DNA from: Hemiscyllium ocellatum
Lineage: Eukaryota
Length of the DNA: 64,000 bases
Reading direction: 5' to 3'
NCBI RefSeq assembly: GCF_020745735.1
Contig: NC_083435.1
Location: 41,441,090 to 41,505,089 of the forward strand
The number at the start of each line of letters is the position of its first letter. Position 1 is the first letter of the stretch. Made by a program: the position numbers and the translations under genes. Under the pieces are notes generated by a model that searched no databases, was not told the origin of the DNA, and saw nothing but the letters and a program-made list of their open reading frames with translations. Positions 36,495-49,463 of the stretch are shown piece by piece.

Positions 36495-38170
36495 GAGTAG
36501 AGATGATGTTGTCATCCCCATACTGAAGTTCTACAAGTGAGGTCAGTGTCATTTTCATTTTGGATTTTAATAGGTTTAGGTTGAAAAATTTTTTGATCAT
36601 CCTTCAGAGAATGTCAACATCATCCAGAAGCTAGTTCTTGACAAGATGAAGAATGTTGGAGATGCAGATGTAGAAAAGGGTTGGGGTGATAACAGGTCCC
36701 TGGTTGACTCCGGCTTTGACCTCAAGGATTCTGTCGTATTACTATCCGTGAGGACCACTGCTAACATCTTGTATGGAGGAGACGGAAGATGTTGATGAAT
36801 TTCTCTAGACAGGGTCTTCCACAGCATTTCTCAAATGACTGAGCTAAAAGCTTTGGTCAGATTGATGAAGGCTGTTTAGAGTGGTTGGCGTTTTCTTGGC
36901 ATTTTGTTGAAGTTGTTCAGCAGTGAAAATCAAGTCCACAGCTCCACAGATGGTTCAAAAGCCACACTGGCTTTCCAGAAGGATTTCCTCAGAGACCGTG
37001 AGAAGGTGCCGAGTGAGGATTGAGGGGGTGTGGAATGATTCTTCAGTAATTCTCACAGTTCACTTTGTCTCCTTTCTTGATGATGGTGGTGATTGTAGCA
37101 TCTGTGAGATCAGCAGGAATTTTTCCTTTGTCCCTGATTTTTCAGGAATATTTGATGGAGATGACAGGTACGCTTTGCTTCTCTAAATTTTAAAATCTCC
37201 ACTGGAATCCCATCCATTCCTGCAGTTTTTTCCTTTCTTCACTTGTCTAATGGTAGCTTCGGCTAAACTAGATGGGAGTGCAAGATCATTTTTGATAGGG
37301 AGTTGGAGGATGTCCTCAAACACATCCTCGTCAATGACTGCATTATGGTTTAAGGGTTCTTTGAAGTGTTCTCTCCATCAAAAGCTGATATTTTTTCTGT
37401 CCCTCAAAAGGGTCCCATCCTGACTATGCTCCGAGGCCAAGGCTGTTGGTGATGTATTGTATTGGTGGCAACAAATTGCAGCTCCTGAGGTTTGTCAGTT
37501 CACCACTGGCTCTTGTCTTTGCTAGTTCTTCTTTGCAACTTCACCTTTGTTGTTTGATGAGTTCTCCTCTTCAGCTTGCTGGTGATGTTATTTTGTCAGG
37601 TACATTGAGTTTTCGTCTCTCATTGATGAGATCTTAAATGATGCGGTCAATCTTGTTGAACAAGTCTTGGTGTTTCCTGGTCTTATAACCAATAGTTTCA
37701 TTATAGCATGATATGATGACTGTTTTCAGTCTTAATAGATTTTCTACACTCCATTATAATAAATTCTTTGGAGATTTTAGTAAAGACAGTGTTGGACGTT
37801 CACTAGCCTGTTTGGCTCTTGATGTCACTGAACTTTTTCTTCGTCTTCAGCTGTTTCTACTGATGGACATGGAGGAGCAGATGAGCCGGTGGTCTGTCCA
37901 GCAGTCATCTGCACTGATCATCAATTTGGTAATGAGGACATCCCTTTGGTATTGGAATCAAATGATGACGTAGTTGATCATGTGTCACTGCTTTGATCAT
38001 GGATTTCTCCAAGCATTCTTGAACTTGTCTTTATGGCAGAACAGTGAGCTGGTGATGACAAGCTGGTATGCAGGAGAATCCTGGTGGAATTGCAATTCCT
38101 AATTCCTTCATTTCTGATGGTTTCGTTCCAGATTTTGGACTGCTTTCCAACCCTGGCATTAAAGTCCACA
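36495..38170 (-). mobile_element. Degenerate RTE-clade LINE
   Basis: Minus-strand DFNARVG, WTDHR, SQCGF and AFINLTKAF motifs. Confidence 0.8.
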
Positions 38171-38292
38171 CCTGCCTCTGGTTAACACATACAGTAATGA
38201 GCCAACAAGAAAACTCAACTTGTAAATCAGAAAGGGACTAATTCCAAAAAAATACATTCAATATGGATAATGCAACTCCAGTAAAACAGTTC

Positions 38293-39245
38293 TTTTTATT
38301 TCAAAATATACTTTATTCATAGAAATAAATCTTTGGTACCTGTACAATTTGTCATGTCGTTCATAGATAGATATATATATATACACATTGCATGTCTTAA
38401 CATTACAAAGAACAGATTGAATCAATCGAATTTACAGTTATCCTATTTACAGTTCCCTTTATTAACCATCCACTTTCTTATTATTTAGCTGTGGCTTCAG
38501 CGGAACCCACCTAGTGAGTGGGTGCCCTGTTATACGATAGCAAAGGAACCTTCTTTAATCCCCAGTTTATGGGGTTACCATTGTCCATTTGACTGTCCTG
38601 TCTCTGGGGTAGCTGTCTGCATCCCCATGGTAAGCACGAACTGCTGGACCTTCGCTGGGCTGAGGTAGCTATCCAGCTCCTCACTGGGGTCATTTACCCG
38701 CTCTGGTGTCATTGAGCCAAGGCAAGGGTCCGCACCGCTCAGTTCTGTGTCTGACAATGGGGCTGTCAGAGGATCACAGCTTTCAGTTACCTGTAGTTGT
38801 GGGGCAGTGGGTACTCCCTGGTTCTCACTGGGTGGAGGGTGGACTTCTGGGGGTCCGTTGTTTCCTGATTGGGAGGAAATGTCCTCCTCTTTATCTACGG
38901 CGCTTTGTCTCTTCTTCTGGTGGTGATGACCTTCCTTTGCACCCGTCTTCCCCATCCGAAGCGCTGGCCGTCTCTCCCTCGTGCAGTTGTCTTTTCCCCC
39001 TTTGCTGTGAGGCTTTGGGGGCCTGGCAGGATTTTCTCTTCCTGTTTTTTAACAGGTATCCACTCCTCTGCCTTCTCAATTACCTCGTCCTCCATTGCTT
39101 CCATCTGCCCAGCTAGAGCTAGGATCAGCTGCTGTGTCTCTCCACTGGCTGCTGCCTCCTCCACTCCAGCCTGTTCTTTTTTCTGTGTGCCACCAGACTC
39201 CGTTTCCTTACTGTCTGGGTGGACCTTGCTGGTCTTTGGGGATCC
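38293..39245 (-). mobile_element. Tx1/L1-like non-autonomous retrocopy with 18-bp TSD
   Basis: ACTCCAGTAAAACAGTTC at 38275-38292 and 39246-39263. Minus-strand AATAAA and A-rich tail at the left end. Charged ORF1-like peptides, no RT motifs. Confidence 0.65.
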
Positions 39246-39560
39246 ACTCCAGTAAAACAGTTCAGCACAAAGTACTGAGTAAACAACTCTCTCAGCTGGA
39301 TTTTCTCACACAGCATAAGGGACATTTCCACTCCTGACTACACAGGATAGTCAGACTGTCTGAAAATTGGTGTGGATATTATGGGATGTACAAAAGATGC
39401 TCTTTCACTCACCACCTGCTCACTAGGTTTTCAGTGCCCATCTGAAGTAAATTAACTTGGAAGAGGAAGAGGAGACAATGGGCAGAGTGGGTGGGTTCTC
39501 TGATTTGCAGCTCTCACAGTCAATTCAAATATTTCTGGAGCAATTTGAGTTTCCTGAAGC
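39246..39560 (-). promoter_or_regulatory. Degenerate orphan copy of the ZNF promoter/exon 1 cassette
   Basis: About 85% similar to the other copies; ATG mutated to GTG; exon 2 remnant at about 38180-38290. Confidence 0.6.
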
Positions 39561-40244
39561 TTGGGAAACTGAGCAGTGAAATAAAGGTGACTTTGAGCGA
39601 CAGATCAGGTGGGGATTTAAAGTTGTCATTGTCCTCTCTGAATTAAAACCTGACTTATTGTAGTTGCTGTCTCAGTTCCCTTGATAAATGTTTGACAGAG
39701 ATTTCTAGTGTTGGAACAGAATTCTTCATCCTTGGAGGCTTTCAAACTGACAACATCCTGTCTCAGCTCATCTCCTGCTGAAACCCTTAACCCTAAATTG
39801 GTAGGCTCTAGATTCAACCATACAATGTTCTCCTGGATGTTGTCACATTGTGTGCTGTAAATCTGAGTTCGTCCAAACTCTACTGTCCAAGCTAAAATCA
39901 AAACCCATTCACCACTCATGCTTCTGCTTGCTGATCTACTTTAATCAAACAACACAACAATTTTTCTCTTTCTTGTTTTCAGATCTTTCCATGGCTTTTC
40001 CGTGAGTAAGCTAACAAATACTTAGACTGTGATATGTCTTATGTCCCCAGTGGTACGCTGTCCTCGAAAATTAAAATTGAGTGCAAACGTCAAATATATT
40101 AAGAACTGTGTCTTACCAGTATGAATTTGGAATCTGAGCAATTACAATTCTGAAGCCATTTCAGCATTGGTTGTTAGTTGCAGATGTAGGACACTTTATT
40201 CCAGAAACTGTTGCATTTGGATTTTAACCATCTTATGTTGATTA

Positions 40245-40586
40245 CATTAGAGCTAAAGGTAGACAAGTCTCCTGGCCCTGATGGAATGCATTCCTGGCAC
40301 TAAAAGAGATTGGGGCAAATGGCAAATGCACTAGTGGAAATTTTCCAAAATTTGCTGCACTCTAGGGAAGTTCCAGCAGATGGGAAAACAGCAAATGTGA
40401 GGTCACTGCTTTGACAAAAGTTGGGGAAATTACAAGCTGGTTACCTTAACATCTGTCGTGTGGAAGTTACTTGAATCTACTGTCAAGGAGAAAATAGCAA
40501 GACATCTAGATAGAAATTGTCCCATTGGGCGGACGCAGCATGGGTTCATGAAAGGCAGGTCATGCTTAACTAATCTACTGGAATTC
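40245..40586 (+). mobile_element. CR1 RT fragment
   Basis: KSPGPDGMH and QHGFMKGRSCLTNLLEF. Confidence 0.8.
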
Positions 40587-40912
40587 GGGGTGGCACGATG
40601 GCTCAGTGGTTAGCATTGCTGCCTTACCGTGCCAAGGACCTGGGTTTGAGTCCCACCTCGGGCAACTGTCTGAGTGGAGTTTGCACATTCTCCCTGTGTC
40701 TGCGTGGGTTTCCTCCGGGTGCTCCGGTTTCCTCCCACAAACATGTGCAGGTTAGATGAATTGGCCATGTTAAATTGCCCATAATGTTAGGTGTGTTAGT
40801 CAGGGGTAGATTATAGGGTGGGGGAATGGGTCTGGGTGGGTTTCTCTTCGGTGAGTCAGTGTGGATTTGTTGGGCCGAAGGGCCTGTTTCCGTACTGTGA
40901 GGAATCTAATCT
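40587..40912 (+). mobile_element. HE1 SINE
   Basis: Head, V-domain and AATCT tail. Confidence 0.88.
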
Positions 40913-41369
40913 TTGGTTGTGTCTTTCTTTGCTATTTCTATAGCAATTTGGCTTTAATTAGAAATGATGTTCAATGACTAAAGATTTCCCTGGAAGGCCT
41001 TAGCTTCTTCCAAAGATTTAGCTTGGATTTGACAGTTTTGCCCAGTGCTGTGGCTGAAATCTGAATTTGAGATGTGCATTCACAGTGAATGCAGTGCGTC
41101 TAATTTCCTAGGATAAACCAGAACACTTCAATCAGCTACAGTGAAGCAATATTTTCCTTAGCTTCTGGCACTTCTTGTCTAGTGCATTTTCTTCAAACAA
41201 CTTTGGAAAACAAGAAATTTTAAAATTGCCATTGAATTTATATGTCTCTTGAGTGTTTTTGAATTTAAACACACATTCTAGCAGTAAAACTGGTCTTCAC
41301 CATTACAATTCAAGCTTATAGTGAATTGATGGCACAGTTTACATTGCATCCAACTGTTGATACCCTAAG

Positions 41370-43065
41370 GCATATCAATATTAAGAAGTAAAATGTTTTG
41401 GGTGTTTTGAAAAACATTAAGGTAGATAATTCCCCATGGCCTGATGGGATCTATCCCAGGATGCTGAAGGTGGTCTAGCAAGAGATTGCTGAGGCCTTTA
41501 CCTAGAGTCATAGAGATGTTCAGCATGGAAATAGACCCTTCGGTCCAACCTGTCCATGCCGACCAGATATCCCAACCCAATCTAGTCCCACGTGCCAGCA
41601 CCCGGCCCATATCCCTCCAAACCCTTCCTATTCATATACCCATCCAAATGCCTCTTAAATGTTGCAGAGATCTTTTGTTTCCCCTTTGGCCACAGACGAA
41701 GTCTCAGAAAACTGATAAATACCCGATGTTACTGCTTTGTGCAAGAAGGCAATGGGGGATAATCCAGGAAATTAAAGGCCTGTGAGCCTTATATTTCTGG
41801 GAAGGATATTGTTGGAGAAGATTCTGAGGAACAGGATTTACATTTGGAGAAAAATGGACTTATGGAATATTTCAGCATAGCTTTATGCAAGGGAGGTCTT
41901 GTCTCACAAATTTGATTGAGTTATTTGAGCAAGTGGTTGATGGTGGTAAGGCAGTGGATGCTATCTACATGGACTTTGGGGGCAAAGCCTTTGATAAGGC
42001 ATGGTAAGCTGATCCAGAAAGTCCAAATGCATAGAATCCATGGTGAGTTGGCAAGTTTTTACAAAATTGGCTGAGCCACAGAAATAAATAGTAGTGCAAT
42101 AGAGGTCTATGACCAGTTGTGTTCTGTGAGGATCAGTGGGGACCTCTGTTGTTTGTAACATCTCAGACTGATTTGAATGAAGATGTTGGCGATCTAATTA
42201 GTAAGTTTGCAGATGACACAAAATGGTGGAGCTGTGGCCAGTGAGAAAGGATATCAAAAATGTAGCAGGACATAGATCCGCTGGAAAGTTGGGCAGAGAA
42301 ATGACAGATGGAGTTTAATCTGAAAAAGTGTGAGAGTCGAATGTAAGAGAGAAGTATACTGTAAATGGCTGGATCCTTCGGTGCATTGATATATGGACAG
42401 ATTTTGGGGTCCAAGTCTATAGCTGCCTGAAAGTGGCAACGCAAGTGGATAGGCCATAAAGAAAGCATACAGCATGCTTGCCTTCATCAGTCGGGGCATT
42501 GAATATAAAAGTTGGCAAGTCATGTTGCGACTATGCAAGATTTTGGTCAGGTCACATCTAGAGTATTGTGCACAGTTGTGGTTGCTACATGAAAGGCAGT
42601 ACGTAAAGGCTTCAGAAAGAGTGCAGAACAGGATTTTCGTGGTGTTGCCTGGATTGGAGGGCATTAGCTATAAGGACAGGATGGAAAAACGTGGATTGTT
42701 TTCGCAAGAGTGTTGGAGGCTGAAAGGTGACCTGATAGAAGTAAATACAATTATGAGGAGCATGGATAAAGTGGATAGTCGGAGTCTCTATTCCAGGGTG
42801 GAGATGTCAAATACTATGTTTAGGTTTAAGATGTGAGGGGAAAAGTTTAAATGAGACATGCGAGGAAAGGTTTTGATGCATAGTAGGAGAAGATATAGTG
42901 GAATAAGGTAGCAAAGTTTAAGAAGGATTTGGACAGATACAAGAACAGGAAGAGAATACCAGGATAAGGGCCATGGGCAGGCAGATGGGTTTATTTCAGA
43001 ATTGCATCATGTTCAGCAAAGACATGGTGGGCCACAGTCTATTCTTGTGCTGTACTGTTCTATGA
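41370..43065 (+). mobile_element. Degenerate CR1 ORF2 with antisense CR1 tail inserted at about 41505-41665
   Basis: KFADDTK, RSHLEYCAQLW and RLKGDLIEV. Confidence 0.85.
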
Positions 43066-43872
43066 TACTAAGACTATGTTTTCCATTTACCTCACGGTGC
43101 CTGGGAAGATGGCGTGCTCTAGGTGAGGGAAAGAAAGCAGCCACACTGTCTGCTCCTGGTCACTATCCAGTGTTTCTACTGGGAACTGTGTGTAACAGTC
43201 AAGTGAGGAAAAAGAGAGCTTTTATATCTCATGTCCCACATAGGAGAACAGCAGACTAGTATTCACTGTGGAACAGTCTGTAACTGAGGTGGTGGTCAGA
43301 TGGTCACTCCACTCATAATCCAGAGGCCCAGGATAATGCTCTGGGGATAGAGTTGAAATCCCACAATGCTAAGGACTAACATTTAAATTCAAATATCAAA
43401 CCTGGGGTAATGCCATATCCTGAATTGCACCGTACTACATAGGAGAATAAGAGAGGACAAGCACTGTAGATAAATTCAATCCATCAGTCAGAGACCAACT
43501 GCACAACTGTGGGAAGTCATCCAGTCCCTTCACAACACTGCTCAATATAGAGAAGGTTGGACAGTGAAACCATCATCTAGAAATTGATTGGGTCACAGGA
43601 GCTTTGACAGGCCATCAGACCTCAAAGTGGTCAGTGTTGTGGAGACTTCCATGGGAATCAACCTTTCTAAAGGTTGGGCTGTGGGTGATCAGTCAGGGTG
43701 AGGCTGGGAAGAAGTGTGAGTGGCTCCAAGTGTGGTAGGTGTTTCAATCATCCATTGAGCCTCATGAACCACTAACTCATTCCTACAAGCTAGTTGAGTG
43801 TGAGAATTGGCCACAGATCTGTGAAGTCTCAAGACAAATATGTTGTACAACTGCAGAAACAAGGACAGCTTC

Positions 43873-45440
43873 ATGGAAAGGAAGCCCTTCAAATGTGAGG
43901 TGTGTGACAGAGCTTTTACAAAGTCAGTGATGCTCGTGAATCATCACACAGGGAACAAGCCATTCAAATGCGAGGTGTGCAACAGGGGCTGTTCACAGCT
44001 GTTGGGTCTTGTAGATAACCAGCCCATTCATACAGGGAAAAAAAAACATTCACATGCAAGATGTGCAACAAATCATTCTCAGAGTCACCAACCCTCCTCA
44101 TGCACCAATGCATTCACATAGGGGAGAAACCATTCACCTGTGAGGTGTGTGACAAAGTATTCTCAGTGTCATCAAATCTCCACGTATACAAACAAATTCA
44201 CACAGAGGAGGAACCACTTACATGTGAACTGTGTATCAAATCATTCTCAAACTTATCTCACCTCCTCAGACACCAACATATTTATACAGAGGAAAAACCA
44301 CTTATGTGTGAGGTCTGTGACAAATCATTCTCACAGTCAGATCACCTCCACACACACACTAATGTATTCACACAAGCGGAGAAACCATTCATATGAGATG
44401 TATAACAGATCATTCTCACAGTCATCAATCCTCCATGTACACCAGTTCATTCACTGTGATATATGCATCAAATCATTCTTTGATTCATCGACTCTGCAGA
44501 CACCATTGTATTCACACAGGGAGAAACCATTTAAGTGTGAGGCGTGTGGCATATCATTCTTGAGGTCATGCAGTCTCTTTCAGAGGATTCACACAGAGAA
44601 GAAACCATTCAAGTGCGAAGTGTGTAACAAATCATTCGCTTTGAACCTCTGCAGACATGAACACTCACACAGGGAAAAAAACTGGTGTGTGAGACAAATC
44701 GTTCTCTCAGCTAGAAAGCCTCCACAGAGACAAATGCATCCACGCAGGTGAGAAACCATTGAAGGGTTTAAATTAGCTTAGTGTTAAAGCTTTAGTCACT
44801 GTTGTAATAAGCAAAGTGAGTGGAAATCACAGATGTACAAAGAATGAATGATTGAGATTTTCAATCAAATTTACTAGCATACGAACCACACTATTAGCAG
44901 GATAGTTAACCTTGGGTGGAGTACAAACAATACCAATGAAAGGGATGACAAAGATAATGTGAGATAATTAGACAGTGAAGTATGCTGTAACCTCTATCAG
45001 ACTCAGAAGTGTATTGTAATCCACCAGAGTGAGCTTTACAGTTCACAGGGTAGTTGACTTTCCATAAGTACCCATGAAATAAATGACCGTAATCTGACTT
45101 CCTGAGTCCTCTTATCAATTTGAGGAGTTGTCTGGTATCACCATTCATATGCAAGGTGTGCAACAAATCATTTGAGGCTCTGAAGCCTCCTCCTGCCTCA
45201 GATGATCCACACAGAGGAATAATCCTTCACGTGAGATTTGTAATGAACCTTTCATGATGTCTCAACCATCTGAAAATTCACAAGATTTACACAGAGACTC
45301 TTTAGGTCCAGATGTTTGTTCCAGTCAATGTATAGTCAACACATCTCCTGACCCATCAATGCATTCAGTCAGGAAAGGATCCTTAACACTAATAAAACCT
45401 TGACCCAATTGTTGGACCTCCTGGAACATTGATGAACCAC
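43873..45440 (+). pseudogene. C2H2 zinc-finger pseudogene ZNF-C
   Basis: MERKPFKCEVC start, then frameshifts (about 44040 and 44360) and broken fingers. The conserved splice acceptor is missing near 43410. Leader and 3' flank are paralogous to ZNF-A. Confidence 0.85.
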
Positions 45441-46183
45441 ATAGATTGTAAGAGCCTGGCTGGATGAGCCTGTGTGTGTGAACCTGTACACAGTCTCACT
45501 GTGCAGGGTGTCCAGTGGGACTGGGACACAGAACAAGAAGCAGCTTTCACTCCCATCAAACAACTAGTGATGACATCACCAGTGCTGAGGGATGATGATG
45601 TAACAATGGAGTCACCCTGCAGTGTGATGTCAGTGAAACAGGACTTGGAGTAACCCCCATGCAGTGAGGACAACCCGCTGTGTTTGTATCCAGAGGGTTT
45701 ACACAAACTGAACAATGTACACAGATGGAGAAACAGACTCCAGATATTGTCTTTGTTACTGAGAATTTCACCAGCACATGGTTGGGAGAAACAAAATGAC
45801 AGTGGGCATCTAACCACAATCCATTGTAAAAATATTTCTTAAACCTCTTCTATCTACTGCAGTGCAGTTACTGAAGATGGGAGTCAATTTGCAGAGATAG
45901 CGCAGCAATTGCCATGACAACAACATCTCCCAGTGATACCACTTCAGGACCTGGCAGAAGCAAGAGAAACAGTGAATAAAACAAGCATATATTTGTTCCT
46001 GAACATTTTAAAGGTTATCTGCTGTGTAGAGACAAATAATATTGGAAACCTCTGGACGAATAAATAGTTTTGTTCACGAGTGATAATCTGGACTCTTGTA
46101 TGTTGGGTAACTTAACAATGGATAGTGCATACAAATATTATTTTAAGAAACAGGAAAATGAATTTTTGGGTAAATACCTTTAT

Positions 46184-49100
46184 TGTTATGAAGATGTGGT
46201 TGTACTGTACCTTTAAGAGAGTAAAAGCTAGCAGTGACAGCACCAAATGTTCTCTATAAGACACAATGTAATATGTGCTCCAGCTACTGGGGTAGCTGGT
46301 TGGCTGGAAATGACAAAACAGATTCGAATTACATCAATAAGTTTAAAGTATATCCCGAAAAATACCAAATTCCAATCAAGTTTGAATTGAATATATTGAT
46401 AACCTTAAAAGCCAATGACACAATCATATGCCTTGGGGTATATGACTGGGGAAACTTGAACAGTTGGGAGGAGAACTGCTACCAGACCAACATATGTAGA
46501 CTGCTAATCAGAATTTTCTGATAGGTACCTGTCTAGAGAAGGAGTTTGCACAGAGAAAAACCTCAACACCAACCTGGAGAGCCAATCTACTGACGAAGAT
46601 AAAGAGAAGATTCGACCACTGGCTGGTTTTAAAATTTGAATTTTTCTGTAAGTCTTAATTTTATCGGACTAGTATTGTGGAAGGGAAGGTAAGAGATAGG
46701 TTAGGGGAAGGAATTGTAAAGCATTGTTAGTTAAGTATTCTCTTTTATATTTTAAGAAATAAAGTTGTTAATTTTTACTTCAAAAGTTCTTGGCCAATGA
46801 ATTTTTACAGATTCCTGCACGGGATAAAAGTTTTCTGTGTTGCTGGTGTTAAATTAAGCAGGAGGGTTTACTTAACACTTTGGGGGCTTGGGTCGATGAT
46901 TTGAACTGGTTAGATATATTTGAATAGATTTGGGGATACGAAAATCCCAGCAGATTTAAACACTTGCAGGTTAGTGTCTTAGATCTTTAAATAAAACACA
47001 GGTGAGACAATTTTTTTAAATTGCGGTGACTTGTGGTCGAGTAAATTAAAAGTGCGAGAAATGGCTCTTAAAATTGCTAAAGAGGTTCTGGGATTTGAAG
47101 ATGATTCTCAACTTTGCCAAGAAAGTTTAGAAGTAAAGAAAAAAGGCCATACATTTAGAATTATCAAATAAGTTATATTTGGGTTTAACTAAGGACAAAA
47201 GTAAAGCTGAAATTGTCAGAGAACTACTCAAATACTTAGGGATGTCAGAGAAACAGTGAAGTAGAGGTAGAAAAACTTAAATTACAATTGAGGAAAATGG
47301 AGTTAGAAGATAAACAAAGGGAGAGAGACAGGGAGAGAGAGAGAGAGAGCGAGAGAGAAAGAGAAGGTTCATAGCTGAGCAAAAAGAGACAGAGAAGAAA
47401 GGTAGAGAGAAAGAGAACTTGAGAAGTTGAAACTTAGTCAGCAAAGTCAAGTTAACAGAATGAAAATTAAAAGAGAAGGCAGTAATACATATATAAATAT
47501 GTCAAAACTATGCCATACTTTGAAGTGAATGATGTTGAAGCCTTCTTTATTTCATCTGAAAAATTGGCTCGGCGAATGAAGTGGTCCAAGGATTTATGGG
47601 TAATGCTAGTTCAGACTAAACTGGTAGGCAGAGCTAATGAGGTATTTGCCGCACTGTCAGATGAGGTGTCAAGAGATTATGAAGAGGTGCAACAAGCTAT
47701 TTTAAGTGCTTATGAGTTGGTACCAGAAGCATATAGACAGCGGTTCAGAAACACAAAGAAGGAATCAGGTCAGACTTATGTTGAGTTTGAAAGAATTAAA
47801 CAAAGTCACTTTGATCGATGGTTGCATGCTATGAAAATAGATAGGACATTTGAGGCTCTAAGATTTGTTCTGCTGGAGGCGTTTAAAAACTCACTTCCAG
47901 AAATGGTAAGAATTCATGTGGAGGAACAGTGAGTTCAGGAACAGAGAAAGGCAGCAGAATTAGCAGATGAGTACATGTTGGTGCATAAGACAAGCTTCTG
48001 GCCAGAATTCCATCCTGTGAGGGATAGAAGTTGGGAGAACGGGAGATCCTACACTACAAAACCAAGAGTACAGAACACTGGTAAGAATTTACCACAGGAT
48101 AAAAAAGAAGCTGAAGGTAACAAGGAGGTGAAAGGCCTCAGGAGTTTCCACTGTGGTAAAGTGCAACACGTAAAATCACTGTGCTGGTCATTAAAGAAAG
48201 GCACTGTGGGAAAAGATGTGATAAAAGAAGCTAAGCCAGTGGCATTAGTGAAGGTAGTAAAGGAGACCCCAAGAAGAGCCGAGGAGTTGCAAAAGAGTGC
48301 ACGCCTAGGCAGGGGCTGGGTATGGAGTTAGTACCTCATCTCTATAAAGAATTCACCTCTGTGGGTAAAGTTTACTCAGAAAGAACAGGGGGAGAAGGAC
48401 AAGAAGTTATAATTTTGAGATACAGGATCCAACCAGTTGCTGATAGTAAGGGGTGAGCGAATATGCACTCTTTTTTGATCTGTTACCCAAGTGTGTGGTA
48501 ATTTGTGGGATAGATGGACAGAAAATTGGCATGCCCCTATGTAAGGTCAGGTTGGAGTGCCAACTTTAAGACTGGGGAAGTTACAGTTGGAGTGATTGAC
48601 AGTGTGTCAGTTCAAGGAATTCAGTTTGTTCTTGAGAACCATTTCGCAGGAGCCAAGGTGGGAGTGACACCCCTTGTTGTGGAGAAGCCCAAGGAAGACC
48701 AAGAAACTGAGGAGTTAACACAGAAATATCCTGGTATTTTCCCAGACTGTGTGGTAACCAGATCCCACTATCATAAGTCATAGCACCAAGCAAAAAGTAA
48801 AGAGAAAGATGAAAGAGTTGAGGTTCAGTTAGTGGATATCCTGTTTGATGTAATGGTGCAGGAAAAGGTCAGACAGAAGTGTTTAGTCCTGAAAGACTAA
48901 GAGACTTGCGACAACAGGACAATGAAAGATATATATCTGGATGAGTACTCTGAAAAGGAGGCAGAGAATATTCTGGAGGGTTATTATCTGCAAGGTAGAA
49001 TCCTAACATGGAAATGGAGACCACAGCAGGTTAGTGCAGAGGAGAAGTGCCAACAGACTAACAGATATAGATTGCTAGTCAGAACTTTCTGAGAGGTACC

Positions 49101-49463
49101 TGTCTAGAGAAGGAGTTTGCACAGAGAAAAACCTCAATACTGACTGGAGAATCAATCTACTGATGAAGATAAAGAGAGGATTCGACCACTGGCTGATTTT
49201 AAAATTTGGATTTTTCTGTTAGTCTTAATTGGGAGTTTTATCAGACTAGTACTGTAGAAGGGAAGGTAAAAGATAGGTTAGAGGAAGAAATTGTAAAACA
49301 TTGCTAGTTAAGAATTCTCTGCTATATTTAAGAAATAAAATTGTTAATTTTTACTTTAAAAAGTTCTTGGCCACTCAAACTTTTACAGATTCCTGCACGG
49401 GATAAATCTTTTCTGTTTTGCTGGTTTTAAAATAAACGGGAGTGTTTACCCCATGTCGTAACA
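46184..49463 (+). mobile_element. Gmr1-like Gypsy LTR retrotransposon, internally deleted: 5' LTR, PBS, gag, protease and partial 3' LTR
   Basis: TGTTATGA...TCGTAACA ends with near-TSD TTAT/TTAC. 46480-46877 repeats at 49050-49463. tRNA-Pro-like PBS TGGGGGCT at 46881. Gag has ELVPEAYRQRFR..LLEAFKNSLPE and a degenerate zinc knuckle. Confidence 0.88.

Noticed and set aside
47318-47365. (GA)n microsatellite
   Set aside because: Ordinary slippage in the Glu/Arg coiled-coil part of the Gmr1-like gag
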